Positions 1-11,559 of a stretch of DNA of 57,392 bases are shown piece after piece. Both the position numbers and the translations under genes were made by a program. The notes under the pieces are model-generated. The model did not search any database and was not told the origin of the DNA. It worked only from the letters and a program-made list of their open reading frames with translations. Within the stretch, counting starts at the first letter, position 1. Every line of letters begins with the position of its first letter. Origin of the DNA: Girardia tigrina (taxonomy: Eukaryota). The stretch lies in contig MQRK01226806.1 in NCBI GenBank assembly GCA_001938485.1, positions 1-57,392 of the forward strand. The letters are read 5' to 3'.

Positions 1-3000
1 ATTGCTCCTAATATTACAGTCCATCCTTTATGAGCCGCCTTTGCTTCAGTTAGCAGGCTTTCATATTTCTTTTTGTTGTTATCTCTGGCATCTTTAAGTG
101 CTTTGACAGTGTCATAAGGTGTTTTTATATCTATAAGCCAGAGTTCTTTGGTTCCATGGTTATAAACTTGTAAATCAACCCGGCTTCCCGACACAGACCA
201 ATCACACTCTCGATTCATGATAATTTTTAAAATTGGTTTCTNNNNNNNNNNNNNNNNNNNNNNNATTTCTGCGATTGCATTATGTCTCGCCTGTATCAGA
301 GTGCTGTTGGGTTTACACCAACATAGAACATGGATCTGTGTTTCTATATCTTGACCACATGCCCTGCACATCGATTGTTGTCTTGGTTTTCGATACACGA
401 GGGCGCAGCTGATGACAGCGTTTACGGATGTTTTCTATGTTTATTTCAAAGAGGGAGTTGATTTTTTCGTTTATTATATTTTCTATAAAGCCGCAGACAA
501 AAGAACCACAGTCATTATTGTTTGTCTGTTGCTCACATTCGGGAACTTCAGTGGGAGCCGCACTCTATAGGGTTTATTTTTTCTATCTGTGTTGACTTCG
601 TTTATGGCAGTAATGAGTGGCGCAACTAGAGCTGTGACTGTCTTCTCACACGGCAAGTTACTCAGTGAGTTGTAGACATACGCGTGTTCCGGCGTGCAGC
701 ACAGTGCAAGCCAATGTGTGTTGTTGTAATTGATTGGAACTACACATAAATCTCTTTTTTTTGTATTAAAGCCAGTAAAAACCGAATTTGAATCGTCTTC
801 TCCATGAAACAACCTAGTTGCAACAAAGTCTGGCAGAACCAGAGACTTTTTTGGGATGCTGATGTGTTCCAAAAAGGTATTTATATCATCGTTTTCGAAC
901 CAATATGACGGATCCGGCGGCCTATCTGCTTCTTCAACAACAGTCAAAGTTGCAGGACCATCCCGTCAATTTTTTTTGTTAGTTTTTCTTGCATATTTTT
1001 TATTTTTTGGAGCCACAAATCGCGAAGACACGCTGGAAGCATCCGAGAATAAGTCATTATCACTGTCATTAGCAATNTTTTCTTTTGTTAGGTCGACCGC
1101 TGACCCGGTAGATATGAGTCCAAGACTATCATCAAGGTCAACCGGATTGGCAAATTTGGCGACGACAGTTACTCGACTCTCGGTCCTTCCGGATCCTGTA
1201 GTCGTAGCAGCATTGTCCCATTTACCAGCAACAGTCGGCAAAACCGATCTGGTTGCAGCAACAGTCGGCAGAACCGATCTGGTTGCATCATTAGACATAG
1301 AGTCATCATTTTTTTTATATCATCATTGCTATTATTATNNNNNNNNNNNNNNNNNNNNNNNNNNNNNNNNNNNNNNNNNNNNNNNNNNNNNNNNTTCATC
1401 GAAAATAGACTTTTGACAATTGCATAGTTTGATAAAGTGATTTTATGTTCTTTAACAATATTTTGTAACCTAATCTTTAACTTAACATCAGCATCTCTAA
1501 GTCTAAATGTGCTACCTAGATTGTTTAGTAATTTTAAAGTTTTAAATATTTTATTTTTGGCTTCTTCGTGATTTTCTTTTTTTAGAGAGTCATGAAGTTC
1601 CAATGAAATCTCGTCACACAGCAGCCTGACTGCAATGCCATAGCCATTGCACTGTTTGTGACATCTGTCACATATAGATTGTAAGATGTACTCTAACTTC
1701 TCTGGAGAGAAGACAGTCGGAGCTCTATGTGTTATGAGCGCTTCTTTCCATGAGGGTGGTGCTGGGATTCCTAATTCAAAAACCTGTCTATTTAGTTTGT
1801 CCAAGAACCAGCGTGGGATGTTGTTTACTCTTTCTATTCCCTCCGCAATACAGTGAATATTTTTTTATAAAGGTTGATAAAATTTTATGTCTATGAATCT
1901 TTTCTAGAGTTTTAATTGCGGAATCGGTAATTACTATTTTTTTCAGCCGTTACGATGCTGGCAACTGCAGCAGATTGTTTTTTAATTTGGTCATGTATCA
2001 ATTCGAAAGCGTGTTCAAAATTATCTCTACTGACATGATCTGCTGCAAGAATTGGTGGTAGAAAGAATAGTGGTTTAGTCAAGTCAGATGCGGCCGATGT
2101 AAGATGAATGAGGTCATCGCTTTCACCACCTGAATAATCCTCTTTCTGGTTAACTAGAGGTGTTTCGACGGTCTCAGAAGATTTATATATTATTACATCA
2201 TTAGATAATAAAGTGTTATTTTCATTATTTTCAGCGTTATCATTTTTCTCGGTAGAGTTTTCTATATTTTTAGTATTATTTTGTATAGTTATACGCAGCT
2301 CATTAGAGAATGCACGGTCCACCCCAGTTATTTCGGGGTCTACCGCGAGGAAAATTTTTTTCCATTTTTTTTGAATTATTGTTATTATTTGATGATTTAA
2401 ACAGATCTGAAAATGTTTGCTTTTTTTTATTATTTTTAATTTTTTCAATATTATTAATTTCATGATTATTAATCGATTTTTGGTTTTTCCAACCGCTACT
2501 GTTATAAANNNNNNNNNNNTTTTTATTAATAGCTGTTGTCCAGCCATCGTCATCGTTAAAAATAATATTTTCTATGTAATTGTTAAATAGAATTTCAAAT
2601 ATTCTATTTCTAAATAATAGAAATAATGAATTAAGATTTTCATTAGTTAATTCAATTATTTCATCGGAATTAAATTCAATATTGTAATTAGTTTTGAATT
2701 GTTTACATTTGATAAATTTCATGAAGTATTTCAAAAGTATTCAATATTCATCAAAGTATTCAATAAATAGCATTTTAAAATTTTTTTTGTTATTTTTGCT
2801 TTTGAAGAATATTTTCAATAAATCGTTAAATTTGATTAAAGAGTCATTTTTATTATCATTTTTTAAATTATCATTAAGAAAATTATTAAATATTGACAAA
2901 TTAATATTTTCATTATTAATAAATTTATTTAAATTTTTTATAAACGATTGATAATTTAAANNNNNNNNNNNNNNNNNNNNNNNNNNNNNNNNNNNNNAGA

Positions 3001-3600
3001 TTATTTATGTTGTTATTATTTAAAATAGTTAAATTCTTACGATATCCTTCGTAAGAATCATTCAAACCGTCTATTTCCTTTGCTCCATTATCCGGTCGGT
3101 CGGTCAGTCGGTTAGTTGGTCGAATATCGGTCGATTTCTCCGGTTTCCCCTGGTCATGTCCACAAATCGAGGCACCAGTATGACCGCACGCGTTTGGACT
3201 TTCTGAAAAGTCTTCCATTCGGCATGGGTTCATTGCGACTCGTTCTCCGTTGCTTAATTTGTCAAACTTTATGGATTTTATAGTTATATCCAGAAGCTCT
3301 TCGGCCACCACATTTAATAATTCGATATTTCTATTATTAAAGTGGTTAACCGGCATTTTATTAATTATTTCGACTATTTCTTTAGTGAAAGGTGAAAAGA
3401 CCTTGAGTAAAAAGCCGTCAAAAATATGTTTCTAAATTCCATGTGTACGGAATATTTTAAATTGGTTGAATGTGTAAATGTATGGATGCTGTATGGTGAT
3501 TTAAGTATGTTGAATTTAGAATGGTGATTCTCCCACCCAGATGGAAATGGGTATTTTTTTATTAAATTTAAAGTGATTGACAAGTGTAACAGAATTAAAA
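1..3600 (-). mobile_element. Degenerate NeSL-like non-LTR retrotransposon (long N-terminal region, Ulp1/C48 protease, CCHC knuckle, restriction-like endonuclease); RT absent
   Basis: 483-947 reads VPINYNNTHWLAL...YVYNSL, then after a frameshift QQTNNNDCGSFVCGF (Ulp1 catalytic motifs). 265-375 reads CRACGQDIETQIHVLCWC...ARHNAI. 1-240 reads RVDLQVYNHGTKELWLIDIKTPYD...NNKKKYESL (RLE D..DxK and KxxKY). The 5' boundary is approximate. Confidence 0.8.
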
Positions 3601-4830
3601 TAATCATTTAATAAGTTCATATTTTTAATTTAACAATTAAAATTAAGTTTAATATTTTTTGGAAAAATTTAAATAAAATTCATTTTTAATAATTTGATGA
3701 CATTTTTATTATTTTGGGATTTATTGAGAAATTGTAAATATTAATTATTTTTAATTAATATTTTTTAGAAGTTAAATATTTTAAAAATTGACTTAGAAAA
3801 ATTGATCGAATAATCATGATTAAAAATATAAATAATAAAACCAATTAGAATGATGACAAATAATGAAAGACTTTTTGAGAGTCATAAAACTCTAAATGTG
3901 ATTGTAAAAAAAATTCAAACGAGACTTGTCTAAATGTTCTTAATACTATGAATACACATATATACATACATAGAAAGTAAGCTAATAAAAAGAATAGAAA
4001 AAAGGAAAAAATATGATAGTAGAAAATAAACTTAATTTGACTTTTTAATTTATATTTTTAAAAATTTAATATTTCCTAAATTGTGGCCCAAATGAGGCTG
4101 CCAGCAACAATTAAGTTGATCAATGGCGCACTTCCGGTTATCAAAGTTTGCAAGTGTATTTTATTTCTATAATATTTAATGATTGCCACTTTTTAGTTGT
4201 TTAATATTTTAATCGGACTTCTCGTCTTTGATTGCCTTTATTATATATAAAGTTGTATTAATTTTAATTCCAAATAAAAAAACTGTTTTTATTTCTAAAA
4301 TTGGTAGTAGTATTTTATTAGTGATATTAAAAAAAATAATAAAATTTCCTTAAGACGTCTTAATTTATGTAACAAAAGTATATAAAAAGTTTAGTTTTCC
4401 GCTAAATATTATATTTTAAGAGCACTCTACAATTTATCGGTCAAGTTCCGTTTCGAGAGTTAACAACTCCTATCTCTTTTGACCCAAGAATGGGAAGCCT
4501 TTATGTGTTAGGTAAACAGGTAACTTAATTTTAGAAGATTTTACTTATATATCAAATAATAAAGTAACTTTTAAGAAGACATATGTTTAACCTTAAACGT
4601 ACAATTAAGTATACACTTGCTTAATTTTATATTTATTTAAATTTGAAGAGTTCATGAGACTCATGTTGTTTGAACTAAGGTTATTACAGTTTATCTTTTC
4701 CCCTTTAAAGCCATTTTAAAAAGATATATTAAAAAATTGTTAACACTAAACAATTCCATTTTTATTAAATTTTCTCTTTCATAGTTTATTCTTAGTTTAA
4801 ACTTAAATTCTGATAACCATGACTTTTAAT

Positions 4831-4989
4831 CAGGGCTGCGGAGTCGGAATCGGAGTCGAAGGCTGAGCCAAAGTCAGAGTTGGAGTCGGAGTCATGTAAC
4901 TCGACTCGAACCAAAAAAATAACAAATATTATAAATTGATCTAAAAAGGAGTCGGAGTCGGGAAATTTTAGTCCGACTCCTAAGCCCTG
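4831..4989. mobile_element. hAT-type MITE with GGAGTC subterminal repeats
   Basis: Ends CAGGGCT...AGCCCTG; 8-bp TSD cttttaat/tttttaat; multiple GGAGTC units inside. Confidence 0.8.
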
Positions 4990-5151
4990 TTTTTAATGAA
5001 AAATATTAAACCGATTAAATTAACTGAAATTTTTTAATAAATGTAGTGTTCGATTTGTAAGTTTAAACATCGCTTTTATTTTCACTAACCAAAGAATTAA
5101 AATTTTTTACAAAAATAAAAAAATCATAAAATGATGGAAGTGACTTCTTAC

Positions 5152-5464
5152 TGATGTTGCAGTCCACTCCCATCCATCCATGATTGCAAACTTTTTCACC
5201 ATTCTCGTCACATTTGTAATTCCCGGAATTATTTTTACAAAACCGATCACACGATTCCCCATAATAATCACTTTTACAGTATACGTTTATACTGAATTGA
5301 TAGGCTGAAGGTCCGTTAGCAATTGAAACATTAATCCATTCTTTAGGGTACTTCTTTTCCAGAGTTGGTTTGAGAAAATTTCTGTATACAACTCGATCTA
5401 TAATTCGATGAAATTGTTTCTTTTCCGTAGTGTCATATGCCTCTATGATCACAGCTATATGACC
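5152..5464 (-). CDS. DSL-family Notch ligand, second coding exon: end of C2 domain + DSL domain
   Basis: Acceptor TTTTTAG|GGT CAT ATA joins in frame to exon A giving SWP-GHIAVIIEAYD (Delta: TWPGTFSLIIEAW). DSL motif CKSDYYGESCDRFC...YKCDENGEKVCNHGWMGVDC follows. Donor A|GTAAG at 5151 (phase 1). Confidence 0.9.
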
Positions 5465-5599
5465 CTAAAAATGTAAAAATATTTTTTAAAGTAATAAGTT
5501 AAATATTTAAAATCTTAAGTTTTTAACAACAAAAAAGTAGTGACATAATTCGATACAGAATAAATTATTAATAATTAACTGTCAAATATAACGACATTG

Positions 5600-6050
5600 A
5601 TCAGATATCGTTTTGAACGTATGTCTATCTGACATGATAAAAAGGGGATTCTGTAAGACAACAGAAAAAGTTCGTACAATTGTTGAATCTAATTGAAGCA
5701 TGAAAGCCATAGAAACTGATAATAAGTGTTCCCAAATGCATCTGATATCCGACCTCAAAAAAAATTAACGACTTTGGTTATTTTACGCACAATACTTGAC
5801 AACCTATTACCATTGCTTTAAGCTCTTGGATAATTTTTTTCGGGACAAATCTGAAAAAAATGAAGAACTGGGTCAATATGCCTTATATAAAATTCATCCT
5901 CCTTAAAACTACTGATTTTTATGTTAAAAGATTAAATAAAGTTGTACCTCATTGGAAGCAAAAATACATATATACTTATTAACTTTATGAAAAAAATTAT
6001 TCTAAACGGAAATATTATGTTTTAAAGTTAATCATTTAAAACCACAGTTA
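5600..6050 (+). mobile_element. Heavily degraded mariner remnant
   Basis: Around 5790-5850 there is a decayed PDL-PTDYH-F-ALDNF-like segment; no intact ORF. Confidence 0.45.
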
Positions 6051-6364
6051 TTTTCATGTATTCAAATTCATAATAGGCTGCTAGTAATATTTAAGGAAAA
6101 TGTAAAATGAAACATGTTGTATAGATTTAAAAGTCCCAGCTGCATTGTTGCTGCTTACTTTTCAAAAATATGTTTTTATAAATTGTTAAAAAGTGGTTCA
6201 GATAAACTTTTGAACATTAAAATTTATTAAATTAGTAAATTATAAAAAAAACAGTAAATTTGTAAAATTGTCCTAGAGTAAAAAATATATTCAGAAAATT
6301 AAAAAATGATGGCAAATTATTTTTAAACACAAAACAAGCCGTTTGTTAACTAAACATTTATTTT

Positions 6365-6410
6365 TTATGACAATTAATTACGACGGTCTAACCGTCATCG
6401 TCAGTCTCAA
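6365..6410 (-). ncRNA. Minimal type I hammerhead ribozyme motif (degenerate), left pLTR
   Basis: CTGACGA-T-GACGGT-tag-ACCGTC-GTAA-TTAA-TT-GTCATA; one mismatch in the GAAA box. Confidence 0.6.
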
Positions 6411-6751
6411 GAAAAAAATGAATTTTAAATCAGCTTATATAGGCAAGCAGTGATTATATCATCAATCGATTATTATGTCATCTAAACACGCTCAATAACG
6501 TTTTTGAAAGACCCGTTTGCACATTAAACTTAGGACCTAAAGATCTGATGTAAAGTGCTTCACAGGCCACCTTTTCCAAATAATTCTTAAAACGGGAACG
6601 CAGAATTTTAAAATTATTTATGTTTAAAGTTTTATGGTCTCTGTCTCAATTATGTTACGACAGATTTTATTAGCGTGATAATAGATGACATAACAATTCA
6701 TTGATGACATAATCACTGCTTGCCTATATAAGCAGATTTAAAATTCTTTTT

Positions 6752-6797
6752 TGAAACCTGACGATGACGGTTATACCGTCCAAATTAATTGTCATAA
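6752..6797 (+). ncRNA. Minimal type I hammerhead ribozyme motif (degenerate), right pLTR
   Basis: CTGACGA-T-GACGGT-tat-ACCGTC-CAAA-TTAA-TT-GTCATA; a different single mismatch in the GAAA box. Confidence 0.6.
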
Positions 6798-8832
6798 AAA
6801 ATAAATGTTTAGTTAACAAATGGCGTGTTTTTGTGTTTAAAAAATGTATATACGTGAAATTATAGATATTCTAAAATTATTATATTGAAAATTGCAAATT
6901 CAGAAATTGTAAAATTAGAAAAGTAATGAAAATATGTTAAATGATAAAAATAAAAATTATAAATAGTAAAAATTGTTGAATGTAAAAAATTAAGTTGTAA
7001 ATTAAATTTGTAAAATTTTAGTTTGAGAAATTATAGAACGAAAAGAAATTTGTTGGAAAAAAGCAATAATTGTGTTAAATATATTTTTTCCGTGTTATGA
7101 TTTCCTCTCTTTTTTTCCTTTCCATTGCCGCCCAAAGGATATTTTCAAGGCGGGACAAAATAAAAACTTCTACTGGGTAGAATTTTTGGAAAATAGCAAT
7201 TTATTTATTTAGTTTCTTTCTCATCAAACTCAAAATTATAAAAACATCAATCACATTAATAAGTAACATTACAAAGAAAATATTCAAATTGATAGTTATC
7301 AGAACACTCATGTTTTTTTCAAAAGTATTTGCCATAGGATATTGTTCCTAAATAAGTTTTCGTACACCATTTATTTTTTCGCCCATCACAGAGCAAAAAT
7401 GTTTATGAAAATAATATTTAATTCCTTATTCATTTATTTGATTGTTAATCAATTTTCGGTATGTAATTGTTCTCAGCCTATTTATCTAAAATATTTTTTA
7501 GATTTTAGCAGCCAATGTTCTTCTAGCATCCCATTATAATTTTCCAATTTATTTGTGAAATATTTTTTTTCAAATTTTATTAAAGCATTATTTGTCTAGG
7601 GGGCAAGTGTTCTGTCTTGTCTCCTCTGTTTGCGCCCATACATCGAACCTAACATAAATAATTCAATATTTTTCTATATTTATGAAAAAATAATAAATTA
7701 AAAAAACGGTTCTTTATTTTAAAAGAATTATATTTTTATTTTGCTTTTACTCTCCTTGGAAGACAAATAGATCCAAGAGGATCCTAATATTCCCAATACG
7801 GTCCTCGAATGAATCCGAACTTCCATTTTGCCCGGGATAAATTCTCTCAACATTTTTCCTTCTATCATATTTGATTAATTAAAATCTTTACTTAATAATT
7901 TCTGTCTCGAAATTAATTAACTCAGAAAGAAAAAAAAGCATAATTTTTTTTGTATTGATAAATTTTAATTAATTTATCGATTAATGCGAAAAAAAATGAA
8001 TAAATAATTTTCAAGGAAAATAAATTCTCTTCTTAAATTATATTTAATCCACAGAATTGTAATTTAATAGAATCCATTATTTGAAATTCCTTTTTTTGCT
8101 GATATCAAATAAAAGCTGTTCGTATTCCATTAGGATTTTTTCCAAAGTAACAAATCTTCATATGGCAATCGAATGTGTCTTAATTGATCAATTCCGACTA
8201 TAATCGGGCTGCTGTGAGAAATAATCCTCTGGATTACAACTGGATTAAAACAAATGCATATCCTCAGGCCTTTGAAGATGTTTATATGTATACAAACAGT
8301 TGAACTCGTTGTTTTATTCCATACATGATGGATGTACGAGGGGGGTGGAGGAAGGGATAATGTGATGCTGAGCTGCCGCACCCACATGACTGGCAGGGGG
8401 TGCATGCCTATCTATATATTTGTGAGTGTATGTGTGTCTTGTGGAAGATGCTGTATGGATTCTGTGAGTGCAGTGTCCCTGCATCTAGAAATACTCTACA
8501 AAATATTGATTATGTAACAAATTTAATTATTTTATTATTTGGTAAATTGTGATATTATCAAATTATTAATTATAAATACATAATAATTTTAATATATAAA
8601 AATATATATTTTTTTACAAATAATGTATTTATTATCAATTTTTTTGTAACATAAAATAGTTAATATTGATATAAATCTCTCTAAATAATTGTTGATATTT
8701 TTTTTGTCGTTATATTATTTATTTTTTTATTCGTTTTTTATTAGCAGTAAAAAAAATAGAATGTACTAAAATCTTCTCAATTTGAAATCTGGACAATTCT
8801 TTAAAGGGTCTTCTGCAGTTAAGGGTTCACCT

Positions 8833-9259
8833 CAGGCGCGTAGCCAGGGGGGTGATTAGGTGGATTTCCACCCCTCCTGATAAAATGCCCTAAAAATTGT
8901 TTAAAAAAATATTACGAAAAACAAAACTTAGAGGAACGGGACCTCCCGTTTTTCCCCCAATTAAAATCCAATTGGGCGTTCCCATTTTAATACACGTTTT
9001 CGGCCCTACTGGCGAGGCTGAAAACAAAGATTAATATAGAAACCATTGATTGGATTTTAATCGGGGAGAAAAAAGGAGGTCCGAGGAACGTTTAAGGAGC
9101 TTAAGGATCGTTTAAGTTTAGAGGGTTAAAATCGGGAGACANNNNNNNNNNNNNNNNNNNNNNNNNNNNNNNNNNNNNNNNNNNNNNNNNNNNNNNNNNN
9201 NNNNNNNNNNNNNNNNNNNNNNNNNNNNNNNNNNNNNNNCAATCCTCGCTACGCCGCTG
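8833..9259. mobile_element. hAT-like MITE
   Basis: Imperfect TIR CAGGCGCGTAGC / GCTACGCCGCTG; perfect 8-bp TSD GTTCACCT (8825-8832, 9260-9267). Confidence 0.85.
8939..9082. mobile_element. Small MITE (GG...CC ends, 8-bp TSD; Merlin-like) nested in the previous MITE
   Basis: TIR GGACCTCC..TTTTTCCCCCAATTAAAATCCAAT / ATTGGATTTTAATCGGGGAGAAAAAAGGAGGTCC; TSD GAGGAACG at 8931-8938 and 9083-9090. Confidence 0.8.
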
Positions 9260-11023
9260 GTTCACCTATACCCTCATACAATTAAAATTATCAAATAGAT
9301 AAGTGAACCCTTAACTTCAGATAAATTAATTCTTATTCTACTAAAAAAATTGAACTAAAGAATACAAGTCTACATGTGACAAGCAAGTCAGGCGGTACAA
9401 TTGTTACAAATTAATAACAAACTTTTTTTCTTGAGGATTATTTATTATCTTGTAGATAATTCGATTCTAAGTATTTTTCCTAAAAGTTACTTTTTAATTG
9501 TACTCAACTTGAGGAAAGTTAAAAATTAAAAATAAAAACTTATTCCACAAAAATTTTTTATTAAATGTTATGATTTTCTCTTATAATTTTCATATTTTTA
9601 ATTATTTTAATAAAAAGATTTTAGTATATAGAAAAATTATTACTATTACAACTAGAGATTAATTATCATGACACTTGACAAAGAAGAACGTACCTTTACA
9701 ATCTGAAGACATTTCCAAAGCAAGAAGGTCGCTATTTTTAAAGATTTGGTCTATTTATTATTTCTATACAAGATGAACATGAACAATGATTGCAACAAAA
9801 CAGGAAAAGAAAATCTAGAAATAAATAAGAAATTATTTTATTTTAATGGTCGTGTTGCGATTCCATTTTGACTCATTTTTGAACCCATTTGTTAAAAATA
9901 AAATCAATATTTTAAATAATTTAATTAAAATAATTAATTAAGGAAAACTAAAATAAAATTAAATAATTAAAANNNNNNNNNNNNNNNNNNNNNNNNNNNN
10001 NNNNNNNNNNNNNNNNNNNNNNAAAACTAAAATAAAATTAAATAATTAAAATAAATAAAAGTAAAAATTAAATCATTTAAATTAATTAAATTAAATAAAA
10101 TATATAAATATATATAAATAAGTGAATATGAGATCATCACGGTCGTATGGTTTGGTGATGATGTATATAGTTAAATCAGATATGACTTCGTTTTGTTGTC
10201 GTATGTCAAAAGCCTTTCTATCCAAGATGATGTAAATATCGACCCGGATAAAAGAAAAGCCAATCTCAGTCACATGATTTTAATTATCGATTTTATTGAT
10301 CAACATTTATAATCGCTATATGATTCTTTGAGCAACGATCAAGCTCCAGCGAGTGATAATCAATCAAACATCCCTATTATTCATACAGTCAATGAAAACC
10401 TGTCATCCAGTATCGTTGTCCCTCTTGCAAGTGACAATCCATCAAGCAGCACAAATGTTTTCCCATCAAGTGATAATTTGTTAAGGGACAATTACTTGAA
10501 TTCATCGTGTGAAATGCCTACGGTGAAATATATACGGAGGATACACGTTTCTAAACTTGACGAAATGTCAGATGATCTATCAAATAATAAAGACGACATT
10601 TTTTCGGTAGATGAAAGTTCAATTGAATGTCGAGAAAACGGTTTTCAATGATGAAAGACAGGAAGAATATGCTCGTGGAAGATTATTGGAAATTGAAGAT
10701 CACTCTATTAAAAATGTTAACTTAAAACGATCAATTCAAAATAAAACAACTGATAATTGTGAAGTGTTGCATTTTTCAAAATCACATTTCTCAAAATATA
10801 CAATTTAAAAAATTAAGAACCTCGGCGGAGATACAACATTTAATATTTTTTAAGTCAAGATAATGGTGGATTCCATCTAGCTTACTTATGAAGATTGGTA
10901 TTTCAATTAATAAAGTTTTGTTTGGTTTTATATTTATTTTTATATTCTTCAAAATTACGTCTTTAATTTTTCAAAATGATATTCTACTAAACTCAAAAAT
11001 ATTAATTGCTAACCTTTTTTTAA

Positions 11024-11501
11024 CCGTCTGTTAGTCGCTGGGGTCAAAATGACCTCAAAAATTATTTAAATAAATATTAATTTATTTCATCCCTCAAAAA
11101 TGTTTGATAATTTATAAAATCTTATAAAAGACTTTGAATCGGATGATGAAATTATCGATGAAGATTTTTTCCGAAATTGATGTGGAATCGGAGTTTTTAG
11201 AGCATTTTTCTGAGAGTGAAATTGGAGAAGACGAAATTCAAGAATCATGCTTTAGTAGTGGAAAACATACATTTAATGGGAACAAAAAACTGTATCATAC
11301 GTCCGACTTTTCTTTTTCAGCGGAATCTATGATGTTTTCTGCCAGAGATTTTGCAAAAAATTGTATAACTCCGATATCTGCATTTTCTATGTATTTTAAC
11401 GACGAATTGATTGAAAAAAATTATTAAAATTAAAATTGGGGTTAAATTGACCACAAAAGGTAATCGTGAAACAAAACAGAAATAAAGCGACTAATTAAGG
11501 G
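11024..11501 (+). mobile_element. piggyBac internal-deletion derivative
   Basis: TTAA on both sides; ends CC..TTAGTCGC / GCGACTAA..GGG; internal GGGGTCAAAATGACC / GGGGTTAAATTGACC motifs; acidic N-terminus plus TPISAFSMYFNDELIEK resembling the piggyBac transposase N-terminus. Confidence 0.75.
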
Positions 11502-11559
11502 TTAAGTAGACTTATAAAGTAGTTTATTTCAAAATCGAAAATGGTAAATTCGATGTCCA

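Larger units (their letters stand above)
6319..6845 (-). mobile_element. 5'-truncated Penelope-like element with inverted pseudo-LTRs
   Basis: About 170-bp inverted arms. Minus strand 6619-6478 translates NNFKILRSRFKNYLEKVACEALYIRSLGPKFNVQTGLSKTLLSVFR*, homologous to the C-terminus of the Penelope ORF at 57085-57228. Confidence 0.85.

Noticed and set aside
3600-4100. Spliced-leader or snRNA target at the 5' end of the NeSL-like element
   Set aside because: No recognisable SL exon, Sm site or snRNA sequence seen.
4340-4400. Possible second hammerhead/pLTR (CCTTAAGACGTC...AACAAAAGTA)
   Set aside because: Both core boxes and stem II are too degenerate to support.
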